Of a stretch of DNA of 64,000 nucleotides, positions 25,711-38,964 are shown piece by piece. The stretch is from assembly GCF_018977255.1 (NCBI RefSeq), contig NW_024704743.1, forward strand, positions 54,562,001-54,626,000. The letters are read 5' to 3'. Source of the DNA: Callorhinchus milii (taxonomy: Eukaryota). The position numbers were made by a program, and so were the translations under genes. Position 1 is the first letter of the stretch, and every line of letters begins with the position of its first letter. The notes beneath the pieces were generated by a model. The model saw only the letters and a program-made list of their open reading frames with translations, did not search any database and was not told where the DNA came from.

Positions 25711-25815
25711 CTGTAAAACGAAACTCACAAGTGCAACAATACCAAAAGTAAAAAATATCAAGGAAAACAAAGTTGACTTCTGTTGTTTCAATTCAGTATC
25801 AGTTAATGCAAACAC
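25711..25815 (-). pseudogene. ABCB5: ABCB5 remnant, TM8 exon
   Basis: 105 nt, catag|...CAG|gtaagt, VFALTDTELKQQKSTLFSLIFFTFGIVALVSFVLQ. The 35 codons match ABCB5 rather than the 36 of ABCB1 (from memory). Confidence 0.85.
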
Positions 25816-26191
25816 CTATGAGAAAGAATAGAAGTGTTATAATTTGTGATTTTCATATTTTTAAAATAGAGGGAAACCAAGAAGCTACTCAGGGAACTCA
25901 GGGAAATTAACATGCATTTGCTAAATTCACCTTCAGATAATAACAAATAATATAATAATGATATAGTGTCTTTCACATTGAGAGGATGTTTCAGTGTTTC
26001 ACGAGATTTACTGTAAGTGTAGCAACTGTATATTTTGTAGGTGATTGTGGCAGATAAATGGCACACAGCAATGTCCTACAAACAGCCCAGAGGGCTGGGC
26101 ATATGCCTGGAGTTTTACCCAAGCCAGAGCCAATAGTTTCAGTAAAGGAGGTGGGAGAGAAAATTGGCAAATCAAAAATACTTCTACTGAC

Positions 26192-26361
26192 CATTTGTTT
26201 TTTGACTTTGGTGCTTTCCTCATCTGTTATTTCCTTCTTCTCAGACAGAGCTGATGAGTTCTTCCTCAATATGTTTTTGTAGTTTTGTTCATTGGTTATA
26301 TCTATGTTTTTGTACTCTTCCTGTTTGTTTCTTCACCGTCCTCATTCTGATTGCTTGGATT
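26192..26361 (-). pseudogene. ABCB5: ABCB5 remnant, probable charged linker exon
   Basis: 170 nt between tttag| and |gtcagt. E/K-rich (NPSNQNEDGEE...ILRKNSSALSEKKEITDEESTKVKKQM), frameshifted, at the expected position. Confidence 0.6.
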
Positions 26362-27349
26362 CTAAACGCAACACAGAGAAAGAAAGGCAGCATGCTGACT
26401 CCATCTAATCCACTCTTTGGGTACATAAATTGTAATATGTTCAAATTCTTGCTGTTAGTTCATCATAGAAACACAGAATTATTCAAATCAATGAAACATA
26501 AACTACTATTGACAGTTTGTAGCCAAACATTTCCTGATGCAGCACATCTTTTGGATTCTGTGTTGCACAATTACAATATACATTTTCATTTTTAGAGTGT
26601 TAAGCATCCCGAGCTCTTAATAATAATGGCCTTGGCACCTGAGCTGGGGTTGGAGCTGAGAAGGATGGAGGGAAAAGGTGACTATATATGCCTAACCCTA
26701 TCCTAACCCTAATAGTAATTTATTTACAGAATTATTTGTCAGGACAATGAGAGAAACTCCTATCTCTTCTCGAATAATGATATTAAACATCCACCTGAAC
26801 AGGCAGACAGGACTCAGTTGAACATTTCATGCATAGGATTGAAACTCAACAGTCCTTCAGCACTGATTTGGAAGGTTAGACTGGACTACGAGCTCAAAGA
26901 CCTAACACGGGGCTCAATCCCTTGACTTTCTGACTGTGCCCCAAGATGGCAGACACCAACTGAGCAAGCTGACACCATAAATATAGTGTAAAGTCAGCTA
27001 GGGCTCCACTGCAGTCAGATCTGATGGGAAGATTGCACACTTGGCAGCCAGACAATAGGATAGGATCGAGCTCAGATTGTGATTCACTCCCATCTTCATA
27101 TTTCCCATAATTTTTTGGACAATTCTTTCTGAATGCAATGATTCGTTAGATGGCTGGTTTTATCCTGAAAGTCAGTGCTGTTGTAAGATTCAGAGGAAGT
27201 CCACAAAACACTAAGTATAGGTAAATGTTATAGTAGTGATCCAGCAGGACCCTGCTTCTTATGTCAAGTTTGCGATATCTTGGTTCTAATAATAAAGGAT
27301 TAATCGGATTAATTTCAAGATCCTCACACTCGTTTTCAAATCTCTTCAT

Positions 27350-27675
27350 GCCCTGGCACTTCCTACCTCTCCGATCTGCTCAGCCCCCAACCCACTGCCT
27401 CCGCTCGACTGGCTCCAGTCTTCTGCATGTGCCTCGTGCCCCCCGTTTCACCATTAGTGGCTGTGCTTTCAGCCATTACGCCCCGAAACTGTTGAACACT
27501 GTTCCTGCATCCCTCCTTCCCCATCTTCAGGTCGTGCCTGAAGACCTTCCTATTCAACTGTGCCTATGGTCACCTCTCCCTCCCCCTGGTTTAGGATCGT
27601 GCTCTGTCACTGTCAAGCCTTCTGGGATGCTACCCTGCGTGAGGGGAGCTATATAAATGCAAGTTGTTGTTGTTG
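27350..27675 (+). mobile_element. Decayed L2 3' fragment inside an ABCB5 intron
   Basis: HCLRSTGSSLLHVPR..AFSHYAPKLLN; tail ctatataaatgcaagttgttgtt. Confidence 0.75.
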
Positions 27676-28575
27676 AAAGCATGGACAAAGAAGGTGATCT
27701 TGAGATAGACCTTGAACAAGGTAAGGGAGGGAAGGAGTTGGAGGGACTCCGGGATGGAGTTCCAGAGAATACAATGTGTAGTACATTAATAACAATCTTT
27801 ACATTTGATGTTGTGCCTTTTACATCAGGAAGATGTTTGAAAGTGCATCACACCACAGACACAATTTACTTTAAAGTATAGTGAATGTACAAAAAACAGG
27901 GAACACTTGTGACAAGGACAGTATAAGCCCTGAATCTAGATGGTCTGAATAGCCTTCTGTGCTGTAAATGTTTAACATATTTCTCAGAAAACCATTGGCC
28001 ACATGTGCAACATTAACCAGGTAGTCATGTTAACCTATCAATAACAGGCCAAGGAGTGGGGTTGGGGTTGACCCAGGAAAATCTGCTCCGGATTTCGTAA
28101 TTGGATTATTTCAGCAATCTATGTTATAGTACAAATAACAAAGATTGTATTTGCTCTCTGTAGGCTGGCTCTTCCTGAGCATACATGGTCTCCAGCTTTG
28201 TTGCCACTATAAGAAACAGTGCTGTTGAAACAGGGCTGAGTTGAGCTGAATGCTTATTTCAGCAGCTACCTTTGTCATTTGGTTCAATAATTAGACTTTC
28301 TCAAAGGAAGACTTATTAATTTACAGGTGGGCTGTGTCACTCTGTGTCATCCTGGAGGATTTCCTCCCTAGTATGCTCACCAAGCATGCTCACTCTGCTA
28401 CGCCATCCTAGTATCGCTTGCGCTAAACAACAACAACAACAACAATTTACTTTTGTATAGTGACTTTCACATCAGGAGGACATCCCATACTCACCGCTGC
28501 CCATGGAAGGCAGTCTCTACCTCACATTATTCACGTGTCACTATCTATTTGTTGATATACATCTTTTCAATGTAC

Positions 28576-28737
28576 CTGCTGCATCACCAGGGAATAGTAA
28601 ATGCCTTTCAGCTCCATAAGTTCATTGTGCGTTCCTTGTTCAACAATCACACCCTTGTCAAAGGCAGCAATAATGTCAGCAGTTCTGATAGTTGAAAGGC
28701 GATGGGCAATCTTGATTGTGGTGCGACCAGCTCTTGC
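28576..28737 (-). pseudogene. ABCB5: ABCB5 remnant, NBD1 H-loop exon
   Basis: 162 nt, AG/GT intact, [54 protein letters not shown]. Confidence 0.92.
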
Positions 28738-29086
28738 CTACAATGAAAAAGAGGATTGATGATAAGATCTGTAAGATCTGATAATTTTTTCCGGGCTTGC
28801 CAGCAATTTTCAACCAATTATCAAATGCCACCTCACAATTTTCAACTCAGTCAGAAACATGTTGTCACAAAGCTTTCCCAATCAACATTTTAGTATAAAT
28901 ACCCTGCTTGTTGTTTAATTGTAAATGGAGTTGTAGTTCGCATAAAATCTTACTGCTCATAAATGGCTATTATATGTGTGATATAGGCATTTAAGTGCTT
29001 TGAGAGGCCTTGAAGATGTGATAAGGCGCTATGTCAAATACAAAGATTATTATTATATTCACATTACCTCAGTGACTCACACTCAC

Positions 29087-29256
29087 CTTGCCCAGAGCTG
29101 CCTGTCATACAGATTCACGCTGAGTATCAAGAGCAGATGTTGCTTCATCCAGAAGAAGGATCTTGGGTTTCTCACCAATGCACGAGCTATAGCAATTCTC
29201 TGTTTCTGACCTCCACTCAGCTGAGCTCCTCTTGCACCAACCATTGTGTTAAATTT
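29087..29256 (-). pseudogene. ABCB5: ABCB5 remnant, NBD1 signature/Walker B exon
   Basis: 170 nt (171 expected). [31 protein letters not shown], a 1-nt deletion, then [24 protein letters not shown]. Confidence 0.93.
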
Positions 29257-30128
29257 CTGGAAAGTGCCAAGCAACAGTTAATTTTAAAAGAGAAGGGAGC
29301 TTCTCCCAGAGTCCTGGCCAAGAACCCCCAGATACAATTGGTCATTCAATTCATGGCTATTTGTGGGACATTGCTGAGTGCAATTTGGCTGCTGTGTTTG
29401 CCTGCAAATGCACTCACTACATCACTTCACAATGAAATCTTGTGAAGCGCTTTGAAATGTCTCACCGATGTGATAGGATGCTATATCAAATGTAAGCATT
29501 ACTATTAAATATATAAAACGGTACCACTTGGGCATTTGAAAACTCAAAGGACTCCAAATTCTGAGATAAAGGTGCTAAAGTAAAGAAGATAACTTGGAGT
29601 AAATTTGTGCATGTCACTGTAAATTGCACACAAAATTAAACTGACCTTTTTTTAAAAAAAAGTGGCTTTGCCATTCAAAACCTAATTGAACCTTATTAAT
29701 AGGTGAAGTCGGTGGTGACATAATCTAACTCAGTCAGTTCTGGCTTTTTGGGAAGAGTTAAGATCAGATCATCTGCTCAGCCTTGGTGCAAAGATTTTAC
29801 AAGCTGATGTAGAAAGACCCAATATGTATGTTTAGAAATCAGGTACAATTGCAAAATTGTCCCTTTAATAATTTTGTTTTGGAGTCAGCTGGGTGTCTGA
29901 CACATGTGAAAGCCCATCACCATGATTAAGAAAATCCCAAACAGACAGTTTTGCATATGTTTTCCAGTTACAATTGCTGTGGCTAGAATAGAACGTGTAC
30001 TCTCTCCCTAGAACGTGTACTCTGTTTGCGTAATTCCGGAGAGTATTAGTCGCAGATTGGCAAGAGCTAAGACAAAAAAGGGAAGAATAGTTTCCTGTAC
30101 TTTATGTCAAATCAAAAGATTCACTTAC

Positions 30129-30332
30129 ATCAGGAAGCTCAAATATAAAATTGAAGGCATTCATTTCCTTTGTTGCTTCCTCAATTTCTGCATCAGTAAC
30201 ATCATCTCGACTGTAGCGGATGTTTCCAGCAATTGTTGTGTCAAACAGTATTGGATCCTGGCTTACAACTCCAATGTGCTGCCTTAACCACTTCATGTTC
30301 AGAGTGCAAATATTGTGCCCATCAAATAAAAC
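30129..30332 (-). pseudogene. ABCB5: ABCB5 remnant, NBD1 Q-loop exon
   Basis: 204 nt, AG/GT intact, open frame VLFDGHNICTLNMKWLRQHIGVVSQDPILFDTTIAGNIRYSRDDVT...FIFELPD. Confidence 0.92.
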
Positions 30333-30887
30333 CTATTACAAACAAACTGATTTGTCTTCATTGACTGGTCTACAGCTATCTCAATAGTCAAGCAATTGTT
30401 TCACTTCATGCATTTAAAATTTAGTAGATTTTCATATTCATCTCAGAAGTAAAATCTTAGTAGCTTTTGACTTTAACTTATCATTACATTATTCTCTATC
30501 ACTTCCAATTTTCTTTCTCTTTAATTCCCGCCCACCATTGAGAAATCAAGGCAGTGAATACTGCCTTTTTGATCCCAGTATATCATGCTGCTCCTGGAAA
30601 AGTTAACTTTTTCCATCATGTGTCATTATTATCAGGAATACTTTTAATGTCATGCTGTAAAATACCATTGCTCCCTGCATGCAATTCAAATTAGTTGCAA
30701 ATGCACAGGGCTTTCCTCAGCCCAAGTCATTGGAAATAAGAAATACAACTCGAGCTTATTGGTCCTAATCACTACTGCTGGTTCACATGTTCACTACTGT
30801 TGGTTCACATCCAGCAAAATAAACCTGGTATCAGAATACAGTGCTATCTGGAAGGATCAATGAGAGTATTACTCAATTCAATTTTAC

Positions 30888-31013
30888 CTCCCCTGCTTGT
30901 GGATCATAGAATCACTATAATAGTTGGATGGTTGTACTTTTACCACAGCCACTCGCTCCAACCAGAGCAATTGTCTTGCCACTCACAACTTGCAAGTTCA
31001 AACCTGTGAGAAC
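30888..31013 (-). pseudogene. ABCB5: ABCB5 remnant, NBD1 Walker A exon
   Basis: 126 nt, [46 protein letters not shown] (30917-30912) replaces QR; the acceptor reads ctgcac rather than cag; the donor gtaaaa is intact. Confidence 0.92.
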
Positions 31014-32395
31014 GTGCAGTCAAATTATAAAGGATTAAAAGAAAGCCTTGTTTTTGGTGTTATAGAAAATTGAACATATTGATCTAAGTATTACAATAAT
31101 TAAACATATCCAAATAAAAAAGGTGCTTTACTGAAGTTCATCAGCAAATCTGCTAGCTCACATTAGAATAAGTTAGCTACTCATTGCTGCTTTTGATTCA
31201 GTGAGTTAATTTTTTTTATCCTAACGTTATCCGTAAACTTAATCTTTACTGATCCCACCTGTCTGCTTGACCACAAAATTACACACAGTCACATCACTTT
31301 ACAGTATATCCTGAGAAGCACTTTGGGATATCTCAACAATGTGATAGGACGTTATATCAAATGCAAGGATTATTATAACCTTCCAATGGAAGACTCAAAT
31401 GTCAAATTCAGAGGAACCCTGTCATACCATCCTTCAATATTGGTAATGTACACTGACATTTTGTGACACTGAAGCATAAATACCCTGTTATTGTGAGAAA
31501 AACACAAGTAGGTTTGGTTGTGCATTGTGATAATGGATAACTCTGCCTACTCATGCTATTCTCATAGCATACAATAATTCAAAGCACACTTCTCCCCCTT
31601 ACCCCCTCCACTCCTCGAAAGATGTACACAATTAACAAATCCTGAAAAGTGATACGTACAGGTTGAAGAACAAGCCAAGCTTGCATAACTCAAGAAATAT
31701 TTTGCATTTATAAGTGTGCATATAATGTGGTGTATATTCGTTGTTTCACGTATTGCACACGTAAATGCAAATGAGTCCATCCCTAACAATGCCATTCAAT
31801 ACATCATTAATGAATATATTGAATAAGTTGGATGATAGAGGATGACCTTATCTCACCCCACTTTTGAGAGAGGCAGGAGGATAGGTTAGTCACCCTTCAA
31901 CCCTTACATGAATCTTGGAGCTGGAGTACACAGCCTGGAAAAAATGCCACATTTGGTCATTTACTCCCATAGATTCCAAATTCCTCATGGCGGCTCATAG
32001 CATTTTACAAGTGAATGAGGATATGGGGGTGCGGGGGAGCACATGGTGTGAGAACGGCTGAAACCTCACCGAAAGCACTTCACAGAATACACTGTCAACC
32101 CCACAACAAAATTACATTTGGATAACGCCTTTCACGTCGGGAGGATGTCCCAAGGCGCTGAGTGAATTGACTGCATATCCGTCCACAAAATATACAGTCA
32201 ATTCACTTTACAGTATATTCTGAAGCTCTTTGAATCTCGAAGACATGATAAGGCACTATATCAAATGCAAGGATTATTATTAGCTGTCAAAGTCATTCTT
32301 ATAACACATGCCTATACTTATGTTCAGAATGGATACCGTTCTTATGATATTGTGTAAGTACCAGAGAGAAAGAGTCCAAGAGGCATAAAACTCAC

Positions 32396-32444
32396 CATTG
32401 GTATCCATCATTTCACTTGTGAGCTCTGACAATTCTTTAGTCAT
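32396..32444 (-). pseudogene. Possible first coding exon of the ABCB5 remnant
   Basis: ATG-initiated MTKELSELTSEMMDTN followed by a strong donor G|gtgagt. Size and position are plausible but no motif supports it. Confidence 0.25.
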
Positions 32445-35400
32445 CTCACTCTGCTTTAATCTTCACTTTCTGGTTCTTCTTTAATTTCAATAAATTTAGA
32501 GTCTGCTGGTTGGACAGTTCTTTGGGGGATGTAACTAATACAATTTGTAATCCAAGTGTTGTATGAGATTATTGGAAACAGCCAGGGTCAACAAATCCTA
32601 TTTTGTTAAAAAAAGTAATATGTATTCATTCCTACTTTACAATCATACAAGCTAAGGAAAATATGAATTTTCTTGAATAATTTTAACAAGTCGTTCTAAC
32701 GAACGTTAAACCGAAAGAAGTTATATTTCATTGATTATGAAGGTGAAATATTGTAATTCCAATTTTCATAAAAAATACTTTAAGATCCTTGCCATGCTCA
32801 TTTCACTGTTGCCTTATTTTCTATTCACTAACATTTTTTAGTTTTTTTCTATGTAAAATTAACTATCAACTCGGAATCACATTTAGATGAAATTCATGTA
32901 TCTTATTATCATAGTTTTCTGTCAATCATGTGTTAAAATAATACACTTCCTTTCAATGTGTCCCTTACTTCGATCCACAGATCCTTTGGGTCATGTAATC
33001 TTTGAAGTCAATTCAAAATGCAAAGCACGTTACTGACGACAGTCGGTGAACACATTTGCTCAGTATAGCTGCCTTTCTGTTCACATACCAGTGCTTTTAT
33101 AATAGAATAGATACCAGTGCTTTTATACAGGTGTCAAATGTCAGTTGTTGACATGATGACATTTGCATAACCAGGTGAAGGGAATTGATCATTCCTGTCT
33201 GCTTGTTCACTTCCCTCCAAGTTGCTGCTCTACTGGTGGCAAAGAGGAACAGAAGTTGATAGATATTCAGCAGATAAATATTCCAATTAATTGACTCTAT
33301 TCCAAACTCATCTGAGCTAATTTGAATTAATTCTACATATAATTGTTGCTTTGATGTAGCTCCTTGTCATGTCTGAAATGTTTGAAAGTACTTCACAGGA
33401 TTTCCTTTGAAGTACTTTGGGACAATGTATTTTTATTGCAAGTCAGAGTGGCAAGCAAATGTACCTCGAGCTATGCTCCACAAACAGCTTTTGAGTTATC
33501 GCGGGATTGTTGACAAGGACAGCATGTAAAACTCCAAGTAGTCTCATTGAAACTTTAACATGTACCTGAACAGACAGACAGGACTTTGGTTTAATGTATC
33601 ACCTGATGGATGGAACCGTCAACAATGCAGTAACCGGGTAACCAGCATTGTATTGGAGTGTCCCACAAACAGCCATGAAGTGAAATGGATGGCCCCAACC
33701 TTCAACTGCAGTGCACTGTATCAGAGTGTTAGCCTACAATAGATGAGCTTCACAGGATTTCCTTTGAAGTACTTTGACTATGGATTTTTATTGCAAGCCA
33801 ATGTGGCAAGGCAATTTACCTGGAGCAATACTCCACAAACAGTTTTATCTGAAAGCTGAAATTCCTGACATGGAGCTTGAATCCACAGCTTTCTACGCTG
33901 ATTCAAGAATGCTACCAACTGAGTTACTGTGGCTGTACAATGTTCTGGTCAGACCGCACCTTGAATACTCCATCAGTTCTGGTCACTGCAACACAACAAC
34001 ATGTTACATTTGTATAGCGTCTTTCACATCAGGAGGAGATCCCAAAGCACGGGACAGTCAGGGATCAGCACACAAGCTGGTGGTTGCGATCAGGCGGGAG
34101 GGTAAGGGAAGGAGGGTGAACAAGGGCACGGTCAAAAAGATGGGTCTTGAAGGAGACAAGGAAGGGGGCGAGGCAGAGGGACTGTGGGATGGAGTTCCAG
34201 AGAATGGGGGCAGAGAAGCTGAAGGCTTACCCGCTAGTGGTGGTGCAGGCAAGGTGGGGGATGTGAAGCAGGTTGGTACCCAGGACTTCGAGGCAGTGCA
34301 GAGGAGAGCTATGAGGATGATTCCCCAATTAACTATTATTTCCCCATACCCCTTTGATTTATTTCTCTTTAGATGTCTATCTAATTCCCATTTGATGGCA
34401 AATAGGGATCCTGCCACTACCACAGTGCCTGACAGGCAATTCACATTCTGGAAAATCATTCCTCCTCATTTCACCATTTGTTTGCTGCTGACCTTAAATT
34501 GATGTGCTCTAGTCACTGACTCATTGACCAGTGGAAATCATTTTTCCAATCACACTGTTAAAAGCCCTCATAATTTAAGTGCAAATTGGCTTTAAAGCTT
34601 TATGTCATATGAATGCAACTTGTAAAACTGAAGGTTTGGAGTCAGTCAAGTTCATACTGAACTTTTTCCTTCCTTACCAAGCACTTTGACTATGGGTTAG
34701 TCAAAGATATTATCCACAGAAGCATGTGACGTCCAGCTAAGTATGATCCATGTACAGTGTCCTATCATTCCACTTCATCGCCTTAGCCCCTCCTTCAAAG
34801 TATGTATGAACTAGCCAAATCACATCTCAAACTTATCATAGAAGCAACTGAGTCAAAGAACATTTTTTTTCTTAGGAATGAGGTAAATGATGACACCAGA
34901 AACATAATGTCCATGAACATTTTTGTAAATCTGAGTAGGAACTCTATACATTAATTTCAACCTTTTAAAAGGTGTTCATTGTCTTGAAATAAATGTTAGC
35001 CTTAGGATGGTGGGTCACTAAGAAGGAATTTTTTTGAATAGATCGCTAGATATCTGTGGGTGACACAATCTTGCTTGCATTGCACTGCTTTGTGTACAAA
35101 ATTTAAATGGGATTGAAAAAGTAAATCCATAAAGACGGAAGGACAGAAGAACATGAGGACATACGTTTAGAAATGTGAAGTGCAATTTCAGAACAGATAC
35201 GAGAAATTCATAACTGGAACAGATGGCCAGCAAGGGTAGTTGAGGCCAGGACACTGGATTCATTTAAATTGCAACATGATGGGTGGACAGTAGGGATAAG
35301 ATCAGATGGGCCGAAGTGACCTTGTTATAAACTCAACAGCACAGTGTTAACAATTCACTGATGCAGCAGAAGTAAGAAGCATTGGGCAAGATTGTCGCAA

Positions 35401-35579
35401 TGGTATTTGCCATTCTCTCTTTCAACACTCGTTTTCTTAGCATCCGAGGGCATCCCAGCCCCTAAACAACATTTCCACATGTTGTTAATGAACAGATAGC
35501 TTTAAGTGCCTGCTTATCAAACACAACCTGGCGTTATTCCAAGTGATCATTTGATGCCACCCTGAAATCCGTGGCATCT

Positions 35580-37050
35580 ATAAAATGTGTTACCTCTCCA
35601 ACTACCACCCCATTTCAAACCTTCCTTTTCTATTAAAGGTCATGGAATGAGTCTTCGCTTCCCAGCTTTGCTCTTTCCTCTCCCAGCATTCCCTCCATGA
35701 ACCCCTCTGATCTCGGTTTTGTGCTGCTCACAGCACAGAGACAGCCCCAGTCAAAGTAACAAATGACATTCTGTCCACCTGCGACCAGGGCTCTCTCTAT
35801 TTCCTCGCTTTCTTGAATTCTTGGCTGCTTTTGAATCTATTGACCACTCTATTCTTCTCCACCGCCTCTCCCCTCACCTCCACCTAAATGGTTCTGTTCT
35901 TGCCTGGTTCCAATCCTACCTTTCCCACCATCTGCACTTCGTGGCAACCAAAGGCTTCTCCTCTTGCTCCTGCACTGTGACACGTGGCATCCCTCAGGGT
36001 TCTGTCCTTGGTCCTACCCCTTCAATCTATACAAGCTCCCGTTTGGCGATGTCATCTGCAGGCATGGGTTCAATTTCCATGTGTATGCGGATGACACCCA
36101 ATTCTATCTCTCTGACTCCAACCTTGACTTCAGGACCGTTGATGTGCTGGCTAATTGTCTGTCAGACATCAGGTTCTGGATGAGAGCCAACCTCCTTCAG
36201 CTCAATGTTGGCAAGACAGAGGACCTCCTGCTTGGCTCCTGGCAGTGCATCTTCACCTCAACCGCTGATATTATCACCATTCATGGCTGCACTCTTCACC
36301 TCACTGAGCCAATCCGAAACCTCGGTGTCCTGTTCGACCCTCAGCTATCCTTCAAACCCCAAATGCATGCCATGACCCGTTCAGCCTTTCCACACCGCAG
36401 CAACGTTGCCCGTTCCCACCACTGTCTCTCTCTGCAGGCCGCTGAGACCCTGATCCACACTTTCATTACGTCTCAGCTTGACTATGCCAACTGCCTGCTA
36501 ACTGGGCTTCCCAATTCTTCCCTCCACAAGCTGCAGATTATTCAAAACTCTGCAGCTCGTGTCTTGTCCAGCACCAGGTTCCGCGAACCTATCACCTCTG
36601 TTCTTGCCTGGCTTCACTGGCTCCCCATTCCTCAGAGAATTGAGTACAAAACCCTTGTTCTTACCTTTAAGGCCCTCCACGGTCTTGCTCCCCCCCCTAC
36701 CTCTCTGACCTCATAATCCCATATCAGCCTGTCCGCTCCTTCCTCTCGGCGTATACCGGCCTGCTTCAGGTCCCCCGCACTTCCCACTCCACCATTGGTC
36801 AGGCATTCAGCATCTGTGCCCCCACACTCTGGAACTCTATCCCGCAGTTCCTCCGCCTCACCCCTTCTCTTGCCTCCTTCAAGTCCTGTCTGAAGTCCTT
36901 CCTCTTCGACCGTGCTTCGGGCCACCCCCTCCGCCCCTGTCCTGCTCCCCTTCTGACCCCAATTCCCAGCTTGGGTCCAAATCTCTTGATTGTCCATCGC
37001 CCTGGGATGCCTTTCCAATGCACTATACAACTGTAATTTGCTGCTGTTGT
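35580..37050 (+). mobile_element. L2 LINE 3' fragment with decayed reverse transcriptase
   Basis: GIPQGSVLGP, YADDTQFY, LHWLPIPQRIEYK. Confidence 0.92.
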
Positions 37051-38656
37051 TATCCATTGAGTTGATAGCAAGGGGTGATATTTCTGAAATATTTTAATGG
37101 AATATTTTCAAGAATAAAGGATACTTGAGGCCACAATCTGTTTACCCTAAGATGCATTGTACACGCAAGACTTATCTTTTCAAATAAACTTTCAGCCACC
37201 TTCACCCCTGTACTCCCTTCTGCCCCTGAGCTAGGGCTTCCAGTCAGTTGTGTGAAGCTTCTTGAAAAGTCCTTCAAACCTACATAAATGTAAATTGGAA
37301 TTGTCATTTCAGAGTGTCCAAAATCTGGCAAATTGTTGAATGCAGACGAGGCAGGAGGTTTGAGCCCTCGCTAGGTGGATGGCAGGTACCAGGAACTCCC
37401 TGTGAGATTTCTGGTGAGCAGCATGACTCAGCATGAGTGACAGCGTTATACATTTTTGTCAGTGATAATTATGAAAAAATATCTATTCTCCATAAATGTT
37501 ATCCTTGCATTAATATAATACAAAATTACATTTGTACAGAGCCTTTCACGTTGGGAGGACTTCTCACAATGAATGTGTTATCAAGTGATGCAAGGTTTCT
37601 TACAGAAATTTAAGCACTAATTTGGTTGTGGATTGATATGAATATGGTACAGTTTAAACAGCATTTCTGGGGGACTGAATTCAATTAAATTCAAAAGTCC
37701 ACTGTCTGGCCTCCACCACCCTCCTGGCAACCTGATCCCGACAGAATTATTCTCTGGGTAAAGAAAAAANCTGGTATCTGTCCGAAATTATCTTTTGTAA
37801 CTGCACCTTGGCCTCTTGTTCTCCTAACTTGGTGCAGCCTAAATTATTCTTCTGGGTTTCTTTTTTTCAATCCTATTTAAAATGCTATACACCACCATAA
37901 GGTCCCCTCTTAAGACTGAAGTTTGACTAAACATTGCACATAGCTTAGCCCTCTAATCGCTAGAGCCTATACAGCCCTTATGTTGCGGTGACTAGAACTG
38001 TATACAGTACTCTAGCTGTGGCCCGACTGTGGCTGAGTATGCAGTTTTTCTTAACTCCCCTGAATATGTATTGTAAGGAGGAGCAGAACGCTAACAAATA
38101 GAGTAAATCTTGACTCAAATGGAGTTTCTTTCTCCCCATATTTATTGTTATTTTGATGCTCGAGGCACGATGTTCTTCATAACATGATAAAATCAAAAGA
38201 TCTGTTCAGATGAAGAAAGCCCTTCAGCCCATCTGATTTCATTCTTTCAGAATTCTACCATCACAGCATCAAGCTGTTTTACAACTGAATTCAGTGTCCT
38301 GGTCTCAACCATTCTTCCTGGTGACTTGTTTCAGTTGTTAATTACCCATACCTAAAGAAATATTTATTTTTGTCTGTCTAAAACTGCCATTTGCAATCCA
38401 AACTTGTGACCTCTTGTTCTGCTGTGCTGGCACATATAAAAGTATTGTTCTGAGTTTATATTCTCAATCCAATTTAAAAATTGATATCCTTCCATGATAT
38501 TCTGAAAAGTTGCTTGTTGCTTTCCTCTTCACTGTTTGTAGAGCCTGGGCAGCTCCCTTATAATAGTACAGTACTTCCAATTGAAATAGAGCCTTATCAT
38601 GCAGGAAAGTTTTCTGTAAAGTGTAGCAATTATTTGTGAGCAAATCAGCAGCCAAT

Positions 38657-38964
38657 ATAATAATAATCCTTGCATTTGATATAGCGCTTTTCACGTCGGG
38701 AGGACGTCCCAAAGCACTTCACAGAACACACTGTAAAGTGAATTGACTGTATATTTGTGGGCGAACGCGGCAACCAATTGCGCACAGCAATGTCCCACAA
38801 ACAGTCGTAGATTGAAAATGACCAATTTATTATTGGTTTTTGGAGGGATTATTATTAGGTGTGTGGAGTAAGGAAACTTGCCCAAGGTTTCGCCCTGCCT
38901 GGAATTGAACTCGGGTCTCTCACTTGCAAAGCGAGTGCTCTAACCACTGAGCTACAGGTCTCCG
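38657..38964 (-). mobile_element. Full-length young tRNA-derived SINE
   Basis: Near-identical to 9191-9508. Confidence 0.92.

Larger units (their letters stand above)
25315..31013 (-). pseudogene. ABCB5: Collapsed unitary pseudogene of a P-glycoprotein-type ABC transporter (ABCB5)
   Basis: Seven exon remnants in correct order with ABCB-typical lengths, multiple stops and frameshifts. Lies directly downstream of ITGB8 on the same strand, as ABCB5 does in human. Confidence 0.85.

Noticed and set aside
31380..31485. Possible ABCB5 TMD1 exon remnant (acceptor-like aacag, ...ATGACAG)
   Set aside because: No convincing similarity to ABCB peptides in any frame by eye; needs profile alignment.
33391..33846. 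About 100-bp direct repeat (33391 and 33748)
   Set aside because: Local duplication within a decayed SINE; no LTR features or internal coding sequence.
33774..34502. 242-aa ORF
   Set aside because: Mosaic read-through of SINE, CR1 and antisense L2 fragments.
37050..37331. 93-aa minus-strand ORF as an upstream ABCB5 exon
   Set aside because: No ABC or transmembrane similarity and no matching splice boundaries.
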